A stretch of 64,000 nucleotides of DNA from positions 395,587 to 459,586 of the forward strand of contig CAZNEE010000001.1 in assembly GCA_964572255.1 (NCBI GenBank), in the 5' to 3' direction. Positions 56,221 to 64,000 of this stretch are shown piece after piece. The notes below the pieces were generated by a model. It made no database searches and was not told the DNA's origin. It saw only the letters and a program-made list of their open reading frames with translations. The position numbers were made by a program, and so were the translations under genes. The DNA comes from an uncultured Planctomycetia bacterium. GTDB lineage: Bacteria; Omnitrophota; Gorgyraeia; Tantalellales; Tantalellaceae. Each line of letters starts with the position of its first letter. The first letter of the stretch is position 1.

Positions 56221-58481
56221 TGAATAGAATGCTAAAGAACCAAAAAGGATTTACGTTTACTGAAGTCATGGTGGTGGCTGTGATATTCCTTTTTGTAATA
56301 AGCACGATCCTTTCGGCGTGGCTTTTTACTTACAGAAGCTGGTCTGTTGAAGGTAAGCGCACGAATCTTCGTATTGATCTCATGAAAGCACTTGAGACTG
56401 TGCAAAGTGATATACGCCTCTCAAGTGCGACATATATGTCATTTTATCCCGCAACGGGAGGTGTCTACACTGCTGTAAGCATGCCTTTGGCTGAAGTCGA
56501 TGCAAGCGGTTTTCTTACGCTTGATGCTAACGGGGATATACAGTGGGATAAGACAGTCGTATATCATATTTTTACGGAATTAGATGGCAGTAAAACTTTA
56601 AGAAGGACGGTTTTTGATCCGAGAGATAATACATTGGATCATGACGAGCGTTTTGCCCAATTGTCTAATGTTATTACTAACGGAGAAGGCAGTGGAAGCT
56701 ATACTACTGATAAGGAGTTTCTTGAGGATCTTGAGACATTCGATATCACACCTCTTCCTATAGTAGTGGATTTTTACGAGAATGACTCGGATCCGGTAAG
56801 GGTCGGCAAGGTCACGTTTGGCTGGATAAGGCTGGATAGCGGGGATCATACGATACGTTTTGAAGTCTCAGGGCAGAATGCTTCTTCATCCGGCTACGGC
56901 TTTGGTTTAGATTATATACGTCTTGAACCTTGCGGAAGCAGAAGGGAAGTTGAGTATTACGATTCATCATTTGCCCCATCTGGTGCTCTTGACTCAAGCG
57001 GAGATACTATAACAAGGGTCCATGATAATACCTGGAGCAATGAAAACTTTCTTGAATATGATGCATCAGCTGTCGGTGATTACCTGGAGATCACTGATTA
57101 TTATGATCTTTGGCGCGAGTCTGCGTTCGATAACGTTAACATGAATAATGCCATGGAGTATGGCGAGGAAGTGCGCGTGAAACTGGAACTGCCCCAAGAC
57201 AGAGAGACAGGCAAGGAAAACATCAGCTGGTATGCATATGCGGAAGCCGGGTATACTGTGCAGGAAGGCACCGACGCCAACCTTCCCACATATCCCATAA
57301 CGATACGCACGATAGTTACGAATAGTTTTATTGATTCTGAAGCGGACCTTGTTAGGGTGAAGTTTAAATCATCTTCAGAGAATCCCCTTAAAATAACCGC
57401 TGCTTATATAACCCGCAGGAATTCCGATGAAGACGGCCTGGCAAACCAGTCAACAGGAGGCCTTGATATAGAGGAATATCACAGACACCAGCAGCTTTTC
57501 TTCCAGGATGTACATGATGGTGATAATGACAGCGATACAGATGAGATATTAGCTGCAGGGTGGGTGCCGGTAGATTCGGAACTCTGGAGCGAATGGATAG
57601 CATTTCCCCTTGTTAAAAATGTTGGAGGAACAGATTACGATTATTTTATTACAATTTGCATACCAAATTTAGATACAGCAGTTTTTCCTTCGGCATGGGA
57701 CAGCTATGATCCTTTTGATACTAATTGCAAATATTGGATAGGAGCGTCAACTCATTCTTATTATGTAACAGGAGATTATACTACAGTTGTTCTTCCTGCA
57801 GCTGGAACAACTGATTGGAGCGGATACACGGTCAATGCTTCTAACAATATATATGTAACTGCCGAAATAGATACGTGGAGGAAACAAGGTTCGGTCGAGT
57901 CGGATATATTGGACACAGGGATTGATGATCCATCGTATAACGAAGTTAAGTGGTCCGAGGATAATCCTTCGGGGACTGAAGTTCTTATGAAGGCGCGTTC
58001 AGCTGATGACCAATTTATGGATACAGCTACTGATTGGAGCGCTATTGCAGGCTCTACAGGCAATCCTGCCGGACTTGCGATCGGGAGCGGTCGGTACGTA
58101 CAGTTTTATGCAGAGCTTTCAACCGAGCCGTTTTGGACAGCATCCGGATCAAACTTGAGTTACGCGGACTATGTGGACACGCAGGTAGGTTTAGGCGCTG
58201 ACCGGCTTTTTCCGGCAAGCGGAGGAGAATATTATGTTACGGGACTGTATTCAACATGGATAGATGATGTGGAGATCGACTGGCCCGGAGATGACCGTAT
58301 GTGTGTTTTAAGCGGATATATCGCAAGAAAAGACGATTACGGCCAGACTAAAATTACGGTTGACGGAAGAGACCTCATAAAAGTTTTAAATATTGATATG
58401 AGCGTTACAGTGGAATATGAAGATAAGACAATACGGCAGGAAAATAATATGGAAGTCGAACCCAGGAATACGGGAAGATAA
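56220..58481 (+). CDS. Very large PilW/GspJ-like minor pilin with inserted beta-rich domains
   Basis: KG/FTFTEVMV prepilin motif; DIR helix; ends VEPRN; acidic and aromatic-rich interior. Confidence 0.75.
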   Translation: MNRMLKNQKGFTFTEVMVVAVIFLFVISTILSAWLFTYRSWSVEGKRTNLRIDLMKALETVQSDIRLSSATYMSFYPATGGVYTAVSMPLAEVDASGFLTLDANGDIQWDKTVVYHIFTELDGSKTLRRTVFDPRDNTLDHDERFAQLSNVITNGEGSGSYTTDKEFLEDLETFDITPLPIVVDFYENDSDPVRVGKVTFGWIRLDSGDHTIRFEVSGQNASSSGYGFGLDYIRLEPCGSRREVEYYDSSFAPSGALDSSGDTITRVHDNTWSNENFLEYDASAVGDYLEITDYYDLWRESAFDNVNMNNAMEYGEEVRVKLELPQDRETGKENISWYAYAEAGYTVQEGTDANLPTYPITIRTIVTNSFIDSEADLVRVKFKSSSENPLKITAAYITRRNSDEDGLANQSTGGLDIEEYHRHQQLFFQDVHDGDNDSDTDEILAAGWVPVDSELWSEWIAFPLVKNVGGTDYDYFITICIPNLDTAVFPSAWDSYDPFDTNCKYWIGASTHSYYVTGDYTTVVLPAAGTTDWSGYTVNASNNIYVTAEIDTWRKQGSVESDILDTGIDDPSYNEVKWSEDNPSGTEVLMKARSADDQFMDTATDWSAIAGSTGNPAGLAIGSGRYVQFYAELSTEPFWTASGSNLSYADYVDTQVGLGADRLFPASGGEYYVTGLYSTWIDDVEIDWPGDDRMCVLSGYIARKDDYGQTKITVDGRDLIKVLNIDMSVTVEYEDKTIRQENNMEVEPRNTGR

Positions 58482-59639
58482 ATGCTGAAGAAAAAAATGA
58501 AAGTAACAAGCCTTAAGCTGATAAAAAATCAAGAGGGAGCTGTACTTGTTATCGTTATGACATTTATGGCTCTTATGCTTCTTAGCGCAATATACCTTGC
58601 CAACATGATAAAGGGAGACGCTGAACTCATCGGCAGGGTCAAGACCGTTGAGCAAGCTAAATACATGGCGGAAGCCGGGATAAATCATGCCCTTGGAAGG
58701 ATAAAGAATACCAATTTTGGGAACAGGACCGATTTTAGTAATGCGTTGGATACAGGTTCATACAGCGTTACTTTTTCTGAATCGGGAGGAAGATATCTTA
58801 TAACTTCCGTAGGAACGGCCGGAAGCGTTTCAAGAACGGCTTCACTTGAGATAGAGGACCTTACCCCAACGGCACTTAAATATGTGACTGGGGCGGGGAA
58901 TGATTTCAGGACAAACTCATTTATTGCCGGAGCTGAAATGAACGGGGATATACATGCCAATAACGATGTTTACCTGAAATCGGGGTTCCTTATTTCATGG
59001 CTGAGGATCACGGGGGATGTTTCCGCAACGGGTATTGTCATTGAAGGCACTGTACATAATGATGGCTCTTGGGATTGGTGGGACGACCATGTCGTTATAA
59101 ACGGTAATGCGGATGACACAGCGACAGTTTTTGAGGGAGAGAGAAGAATTGTATTCCCGACATTTAATTATGACAAGTACAGGCAAGAGGCCATAGATTC
59201 GGGGGACTATTACGATACGGACCAAGTCTTTAATGGCGCGACACTCAGCCCGGCTAACGGAATAGTTTTTGTTGACGGAGATGTAGATTTTCAGGGAAAT
59301 AATACCATAAATGGCGGGATAATCGCCGACGACATAACGATATGGGGAACTTTGAGCCAGAACAAGTCAGGCAACAGGAACGTTGTTATTGCAAGAGACG
59401 GCGATATAGGAATACTCGGAAGACTTTACACGGAAGAAGCACTTGTATATGCCGATAGGGACATAAGGTCTCTGCAGGTTTTAGCTGATATAGAAATAAA
59501 CGGGATCATCCTTGCCAGAAGAGATATATATATGTGGAATTTTCTTACTCTTATAGATTACGATTATGTTGAGACTTATCCCGCCGATATAGGCAGCGAA
59601 GAAGACCAGTCCTTCGGTATAATCAGCTGGAACAGATAA
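58482..59639 (+). CDS. PilX/GspK-like minor pilin
   Basis: QEG/AVLVIV without E5; QAKYMAEAGINHA; YLITSVG; repetitive G-x-I beta region; ends ISW. Confidence 0.8.
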   Translation: MLKKKMKVTSLKLIKNQEGAVLVIVMTFMALMLLSAIYLANMIKGDAELIGRVKTVEQAKYMAEAGINHALGRIKNTNFGNRTDFSNALDTGSYSVTFSESGGRYLITSVGTAGSVSRTASLEIEDLTPTALKYVTGAGNDFRTNSFIAGAEMNGDIHANNDVYLKSGFLISWLRITGDVSATGIVIEGTVHNDGSWDWWDDHVVINGNADDTATVFEGERRIVFPTFNYDKYRQEAIDSGDYYDTDQVFNGATLSPANGIVFVDGDVDFQGNNTINGGIIADDITIWGTLSQNKSGNRNVVIARDGDIGILGRLYTEEALVYADRDIRSLQVLADIEINGIILARRDIYMWNFLTLIDYDYVETYPADIGSEEDQSFGIISWNR

Positions 59640-59670
59640 TCGGCTCTTAATTTCCAAAATTCAAATATCC

Positions 59671-59699
59671 TTGACAATAAAACCTCTATCTGTTAATAT
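59671..59699 (+). promoter_or_regulatory. Sigma70-type promoter for rplU-rpmA
   Basis: TTGACA, 17-bp spacer, TGn-TAATAT. Confidence 0.65.
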
Positions 59700-59783
59700 T
59701 ATTCTACTTATTTTTAATAATATACTACTAGTGCGGGCATAAGCACTTGTAAAATAATAACTTAGACAAACAGGAGACGATAA

Positions 59784-60104
59784 ATGTACGCTGTAATAGA
59801 AGTTAAAGGTGCTCAGATACTTGTTGAGAAAAACGATAAGATAGTAGTGAACCGTCTTAAGCCGGAAGAGAGAAAATCAAAAGAGATAAAAATAGATAAA
59901 GTTCTTCTTGCGAAAAAAGGCAACTCGATCCATATCGGCGAGCCTTATATTAAAGGCGCGTATGTAAAGTGCGAAGTGATCGGCGATAAGAGAGCAAAAA
60001 AAGTTATCGCTTTTAAATACAGGGACAGAAAAAGTTCCCAGTCCAAAAGAGGGCACAGGCAGGATCAGACGGAACTTAAAGTGACGGATATACATTTTGA
60101 ATAG
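59784..60104 (+). CDS. rplU: 50S ribosomal protein L21
   Basis: MYAVIE, GEPYIKGA, GHRQ. Confidence 0.96.
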   Translation: MYAVIEVKGAQILVEKNDKIVVNRLKPEERKSKEIKIDKVLLAKKGNSIHIGEPYIKGAYVKCEVIGDKRAKKVIAFKYRDRKSSQSKRGHRQDQTELKVTDIHFE

Positions 60105-60122
60105 AAAAATCAGGAGATACTA

Positions 60123-60365
60123 ATGGCGCATAAAAAAGGACAAGGAGCTTCACGTAACGGACGAGATTCCGCGGGTCAAAGGCTTGGCGTAAAAAGGTTC
60201 GGCGGTGAAACAGTTACCCCGGGATGCATTCTTGTCAGGCAAAGAGGCACACAATATAGACCGGGCGTTAATGTGAAAAAAGGAAAAGACGATACGTTAT
60301 TTGCCAAGTGCGATGGCGTAGTTTCTTTTTCGGGGAAACGCGTGGTAAACGTCATCCCAAAATGA
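60123..60365 (+). CDS. rpmA: 50S ribosomal protein L27
   Basis: [26 protein letters not shown]. Confidence 0.98.
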   Translation: MAHKKGQGASRNGRDSAGQRLGVKRFGGETVTPGCILVRQRGTQYRPGVNVKKGKDDTLFAKCDGVVSFSGKRVVNVIPK

Positions 60366-60366
60366 G

Positions 60367-61356
60367 ATGCTTATAGATCAGGCTAAAATCTATGTAAGCG
60401 GCGGACGCGGCGGTAACGGATGCAGCAGCCTTTACAAAGATATCTTCCACCGAAAGGGCATCCCTGATGGGGGTGACGGCGGCGATGGTGGGGATGTGAT
60501 CATCAAAAGCGATCCTAATCTTCAAACCCTTCTTGATTTTAAATACAATCAGCACTATCGTGCCGGAAGCGGCAAGCACGGCGGTTCAAACAAAAAATTC
60601 GGTAAAAGAGGAGAGGACCTGCTTGTAAAGGTGCCTGCGGGTACTATTATCAGGGACGCTGAGGAGGATCTTGTCCTTAAGGACCTTGCGGCAATTGATG
60701 AGGCGGTCACTGTTGCCAGAGGCGGTTCCGGCGGGTTAGGGAACGCCAAAAAACGTGAAGCGACTCAAGGCGAACCGGGCGAAGAACGCACGCTTTTATT
60801 GGAGCTTAAACTTGTAGCGGATGTGGGGATAATAGGTTTTCCCAATGCGGGCAAATCGACTATAGTATCGCGCATATCAAAGGTGCATACAAAGATCGCC
60901 CCGTATCCTTTTACGACAAAAAGTCCTAAACTTGGGGTTGTCAGCTTCGATGACGATTCGTTCGTTGCGGCCGATATGCCCGGGCTGATCGAAGGCGCTC
61001 ATGCAGGAAAGGGCCTTGGCGACAGGTTTTTGCGTCATATAGAAAGAACGCTCGTACTTGTTCATGTGGTGGATATAGCCCCGCTTGACGGGACCGATCC
61101 GGCGGATAACTATTTTAAGCTTGAAAAAGAGCTCGAATTATACGGGCATAATGTTTCCGGCAAGGAACGGGTAATTGTAATTAACAAAATGGACATGCCG
61201 GGCTCGGAAGAGAAACTCAAGGAGTTCAAAGATAAAATAAATAAAGAGGTTATTTCCATCTCAGCCATAAAAGGCGAAGGATTGAAGGATCTCGTATCTT
61301 TTGTATATAAGAAGGTGAAAGATGTCAAAAAAGAAAAGCAAGAGAATAACGGTTAA
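60367..61356 (+). CDS. obgE: GTPase ObgE/CgtA
   Basis: Gly-rich Obg fold, GFPNAGKS, YPFTT, DMPG, NKMD, SA. Confidence 0.96.
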   Translation: MLIDQAKIYVSGGRGGNGCSSLYKDIFHRKGIPDGGDGGDGGDVIIKSDPNLQTLLDFKYNQHYRAGSGKHGGSNKKFGKRGEDLLVKVPAGTIIRDAEEDLVLKDLAAIDEAVTVARGGSGGLGNAKKREATQGEPGEERTLLLELKLVADVGIIGFPNAGKSTIVSRISKVHTKIAPYPFTTKSPKLGVVSFDDDSFVAADMPGLIEGAHAGKGLGDRFLRHIERTLVLVHVVDIAPLDGTDPADNYFKLEKELELYGHNVSGKERVIVINKMDMPGSEEKLKEFKDKINKEVISISAIKGEGLKDLVSFVYKKVKDVKKEKQENNG

Positions 61357-62428
61357 GATCGGGACGCGAGTCCTCACGGATCAAAGGAACAGGCTTGACC
61401 GGAAAATAATAAAAAGTCTGGCGGATCAGATATCGTCCCTGATGGATAAAGGGACAGAAGTTATAGTTGTCTCATCCGGCGCGATAGGGGCGGGACTCGG
61501 CATACTTAAAGTCGACAAAAAACACAAGAGTCTTTCCGAACTTCAGGCGATAGCCAGCGTGGGGCAGAACCATCTGATGGATATCTATAACGAGTATTTC
61601 AATAAAAAAGGGTATAAAGCCGGCCAGATATTGCTCACGCAGGAGGATTTTAACGATCGCAGGAGGTTTCTTAATATACGCTATACCCTGAACACGCTTT
61701 TAAAATATAAAGCCATTCCTGTTATCAACGAGAACGATTCAGTGTCCACCGAGGAGATAAAATGCGGGGATAATGACAGGCTTTCGTCTTTGGTGGCGGA
61801 TCTGGCCAATTCGGACACTTTTATCATACTTACTGATGTGGACGGGCTTTACGATAACGAAGGCAATCTTATCGAAAGCGTTGAAAAAATAACCAAAGAC
61901 ATAAAAGCTTTCTGTAAAGGCAAAGGCTGCGATGAAAGCACCGGAGGGATGATCACGAAACTCGAGGCGGTGCAGAACGCCGCGGGATCAGGAATTGAAA
62001 GCGTTATCGCCCGGGGGAGACGCAAGGATGTGGTGGTTGATATAGCAGAAGGTAAAAAGGTCGGCACCAGATTCCTCGCTTCGAAGAAAACCATCAAAGC
62101 GAGAAAGCGCTGGATAGCTTTCAGCAAAAAAGCGAAAGGCGCGCTTATTATTGATGAAGGCGCCGAGAAAGCGCTCACAGAGAGCAATAAAAGCCTTCTT
62201 CCGAGCGGCGTAATGAAGGTAAGCGGAGAATTTAACGAAGGGGACGTTGTTGATGTCGTGTCGCAGGAGAAAAAAATAGTAGCCAGAGGTCTTATAAACT
62301 ATTCATCGGATGAGATGAATAGAATCAAGGGGTTAAGGACGGACAGGATAGAGGGCGTGCTGGGTTATAAAGATTATGATGAAGTGATACACAGGGACAA
62401 TCTGGCGGTCATTGAAAAGGGAGATTAG
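61322..62428 (+). CDS. proB: Glutamate 5-kinase with PUA domain
   Basis: VKIGT, VSSGA, NENDSV, GDNDRLS, TGGMITK, IHRDN. Confidence 0.96.
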   Translation: MSKKKSKRITVKIGTRVLTDQRNRLDRKIIKSLADQISSLMDKGTEVIVVSSGAIGAGLGILKVDKKHKSLSELQAIASVGQNHLMDIYNEYFNKKGYKAGQILLTQEDFNDRRRFLNIRYTLNTLLKYKAIPVINENDSVSTEEIKCGDNDRLSSLVADLANSDTFIILTDVDGLYDNEGNLIESVEKITKDIKAFCKGKGCDESTGGMITKLEAVQNAAGSGIESVIARGRRKDVVVDIAEGKKVGTRFLASKKTIKARKRWIAFSKKAKGALIIDEGAEKALTESNKSLLPSGVMKVSGEFNEGDVVDVVSQEKKIVARGLINYSSDEMNRIKGLRTDRIEGVLGYKDYDEVIHRDNLAVIEKGD

Positions 62429-62433
62429 GAACA

Positions 62434-63696
62434 ATGGATGCTAAGGGAAAAATGAAAGATATAACGGACAGGGCGAAAAAAGCGGCCCGTGTTTTGAGCA
62501 TAATGTCCGCGGATGAGAAGAACAGGATATTGCTTGCCATGGCGGAAGCGATCAAAAAAGAAAAAGATGCCATAAAGCAAGCTAACGTTCAGGACGCGGA
62601 AGCCGCAAGAAAGAACGGAAAGAACGAGGCGTTTATCGATCGCCTGACTTTAACTGATAAACGTATCGACGGAATGTATTCGATGATCAGGGATGTCGCG
62701 TCATTAGAAGATCCGGTAGGCAAAACAATAGAAAAGACCAAAAGGCCGAACGGTCTTGTTATAGAGAAAATCCGCGTGCCGATAGGCGTGATAGGAATCA
62801 TATATGAATCCCGTCCGAATGTGACAGCGGATTGCGCGGCGCTTTGCTTTAAATCAGGCAATTCCGTGATCCTGCGCGGCGGCAGCGATTCCGTGCGGTC
62901 AAATACGGCCATATATAAGGCATTGAAAAAAGCCGCTGAAAGCGAAGGGCTTAAAGAAGACGCCTTTATTTTGATTGAAGATACTTCGCGTGATATGGTT
63001 GACGCTATGCTTGAAGCTGCCGGCGATATAGATCTTATCATGCCCAGAGGCGGAGAATCGCTTATCAGGCAGGTTGCCGAAAAAAGCAGAGTGCCTGTAA
63101 TAAAACATTACAAGGGAATATGCCATGTTTATGTGGATAAAGATGCGGACCTTAAAATGGCTGAGGGGATCTGCATGAATGCCAAGATCCAAAGGCCCGG
63201 GGTCTGCAATGCGATGGAGACCATGCTTGTTCACGAGGGTGTAGCCGGCCAGTTCCTGCCGATGATCGCCAAGAAAATGACGGAAGCCGGGGTGAAGCTC
63301 AAGGGATGCTCGAGAACGAGGGAGATACTCGAGGGTACAGACGTGGAAGAAGCGACAGATGAAGACTACATGACGGAATATCTGGACCTTATTCTTAATA
63401 TTCGTGTAGTGGGATCGCTGGATGAGGCCATTAAACACATCGCAAAATATGGCTCAAACCATTCCGATGCGATCGTGACGCAGAATCGCGGAAACGGCCT
63501 TGAATTTACAAAAAGAGTTGATTCGTCTGCGGTTTACATCAATGCTTCGACACGCTTTACTGACGGCGGCGAGTTCGGTAAAGGCGCCGAGATCGGTATT
63601 TCCACCGATAAGCTGCATGCGCGCGGTCCCATGGGGCTGGAAGAGCTTACCAGCTATAAGTATGTAGTGCATGGTAAAGGACACGTCAGGCAATAA
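62434..63696 (+). CDS. proA: Gamma-glutamyl phosphate reductase
   Basis: IYESRPNVT, CNAMET, NASTRFTDG, HARGPMGL. Confidence 0.97.
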   Translation: MDAKGKMKDITDRAKKAARVLSIMSADEKNRILLAMAEAIKKEKDAIKQANVQDAEAARKNGKNEAFIDRLTLTDKRIDGMYSMIRDVASLEDPVGKTIEKTKRPNGLVIEKIRVPIGVIGIIYESRPNVTADCAALCFKSGNSVILRGGSDSVRSNTAIYKALKKAAESEGLKEDAFILIEDTSRDMVDAMLEAAGDIDLIMPRGGESLIRQVAEKSRVPVIKHYKGICHVYVDKDADLKMAEGICMNAKIQRPGVCNAMETMLVHEGVAGQFLPMIAKKMTEAGVKLKGCSRTREILEGTDVEEATDEDYMTEYLDLILNIRVVGSLDEAIKHIAKYGSNHSDAIVTQNRGNGLEFTKRVDSSAVYINASTRFTDGGEFGKGAEIGISTDKLHARGPMGLEELTSYKYVVHGKGHVRQ

Positions 63697-63733
63697 TGAA
63701 GATCAAATCGCGAAGAAGGAAGGACGATAGTCT

Positions 63734-64000
63734 ATGAAAATAGGGCTTCTGGGAGGGACATTTAATCCGATCCATACAGGGCACCTTATCCTGGCCCAGG
63801 AATGCTGGCACAGGCTTGGTCTAGATAAGGTAATATTTATTCCGGCGTTCATACCTCCTTTAAAGGACGCAAAGCCGGAAGTTGGTCCCGCGGACAGACT
63901 GAACATGGTACGCCTGGCTCTCGAAGGTGACGATCGGTTTGAGATATCGACATATGAACTGGATAAAAAGGGGACGTCTTATTCAATAGACACGATCAAG
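63734..64000 (+). CDS. nadD: Nicotinate-nucleotide adenylyltransferase (runs off window)
   Basis: Translated by hand: MKIGLLGGTFNPIHTGHL...SYSIDTI. Confidence 0.92.
   Translation, partial: MKIGLLGGTFNPIHTGHLILAQECWHRLGLDKVIFIPAFIPPLKDAKPEVGPADRLNMVRLALEGDDRFEISTYELDKKGTSYSIDTIK

Noticed and set aside
60367-61356. ObgE looks truncated (329 aa)
   Set aside because: All G motifs are present; the C-terminal domain is naturally variable or absent in many bacteria
63703-63906. 67-aa minus-strand ORF at the window end
   Set aside because: Antisense to nadD, which starts at 63734 and is absent from the track because it has no stop in the window

Overview
AT-leaning bacterial chromosomal window, almost all genes on the + strand. 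Gene order and protein style suggest Candidatus Omnitrophota/PVC (inference only, not verifiable here). In order: end of a ParA-CBM48 fusion, GGQ rescue factor, NSS transporter with a small membrane ORF, PC4-like and PilZ genes; a dcw cluster (mraZ to ftsA) ending in a degenerate FtsA with no ftsZ; proC-yggT-yggU-mtnP-ileS-dksA-lspA-lgt-rluD-aroA; a minus-strand sulfatase-like/TPR gene; a PEP-CTERM gene under a variant c-di-GMP-I (GEMM-I) riboswitch; mreBCD-mrdA-rodA and a radical SAM gene; a type IV pilus system split into two blocks (pilT, stand-alone MshEN, two pilB, pilC, three Cys3His pilins, TMTC-like glycosyltransferase, pilMNOPQ; later pilV/W/X-like); then rplU-rpmA-obgE-proB-proA-nadD, with rng between the two pilus blocks. 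Most notable: (1) an FtsA missing its nucleotide motifs and apparently the FtsZ-binding subdomain 2B, with ftsZ absent from the locus; (2) two families of intergenic palindromes with conserved cores and covarying arms; (3) a GEMM-I riboswitch with C at the ligand-discriminating position. No rRNA, tRNA, CRISPR array or transposase was recognised.
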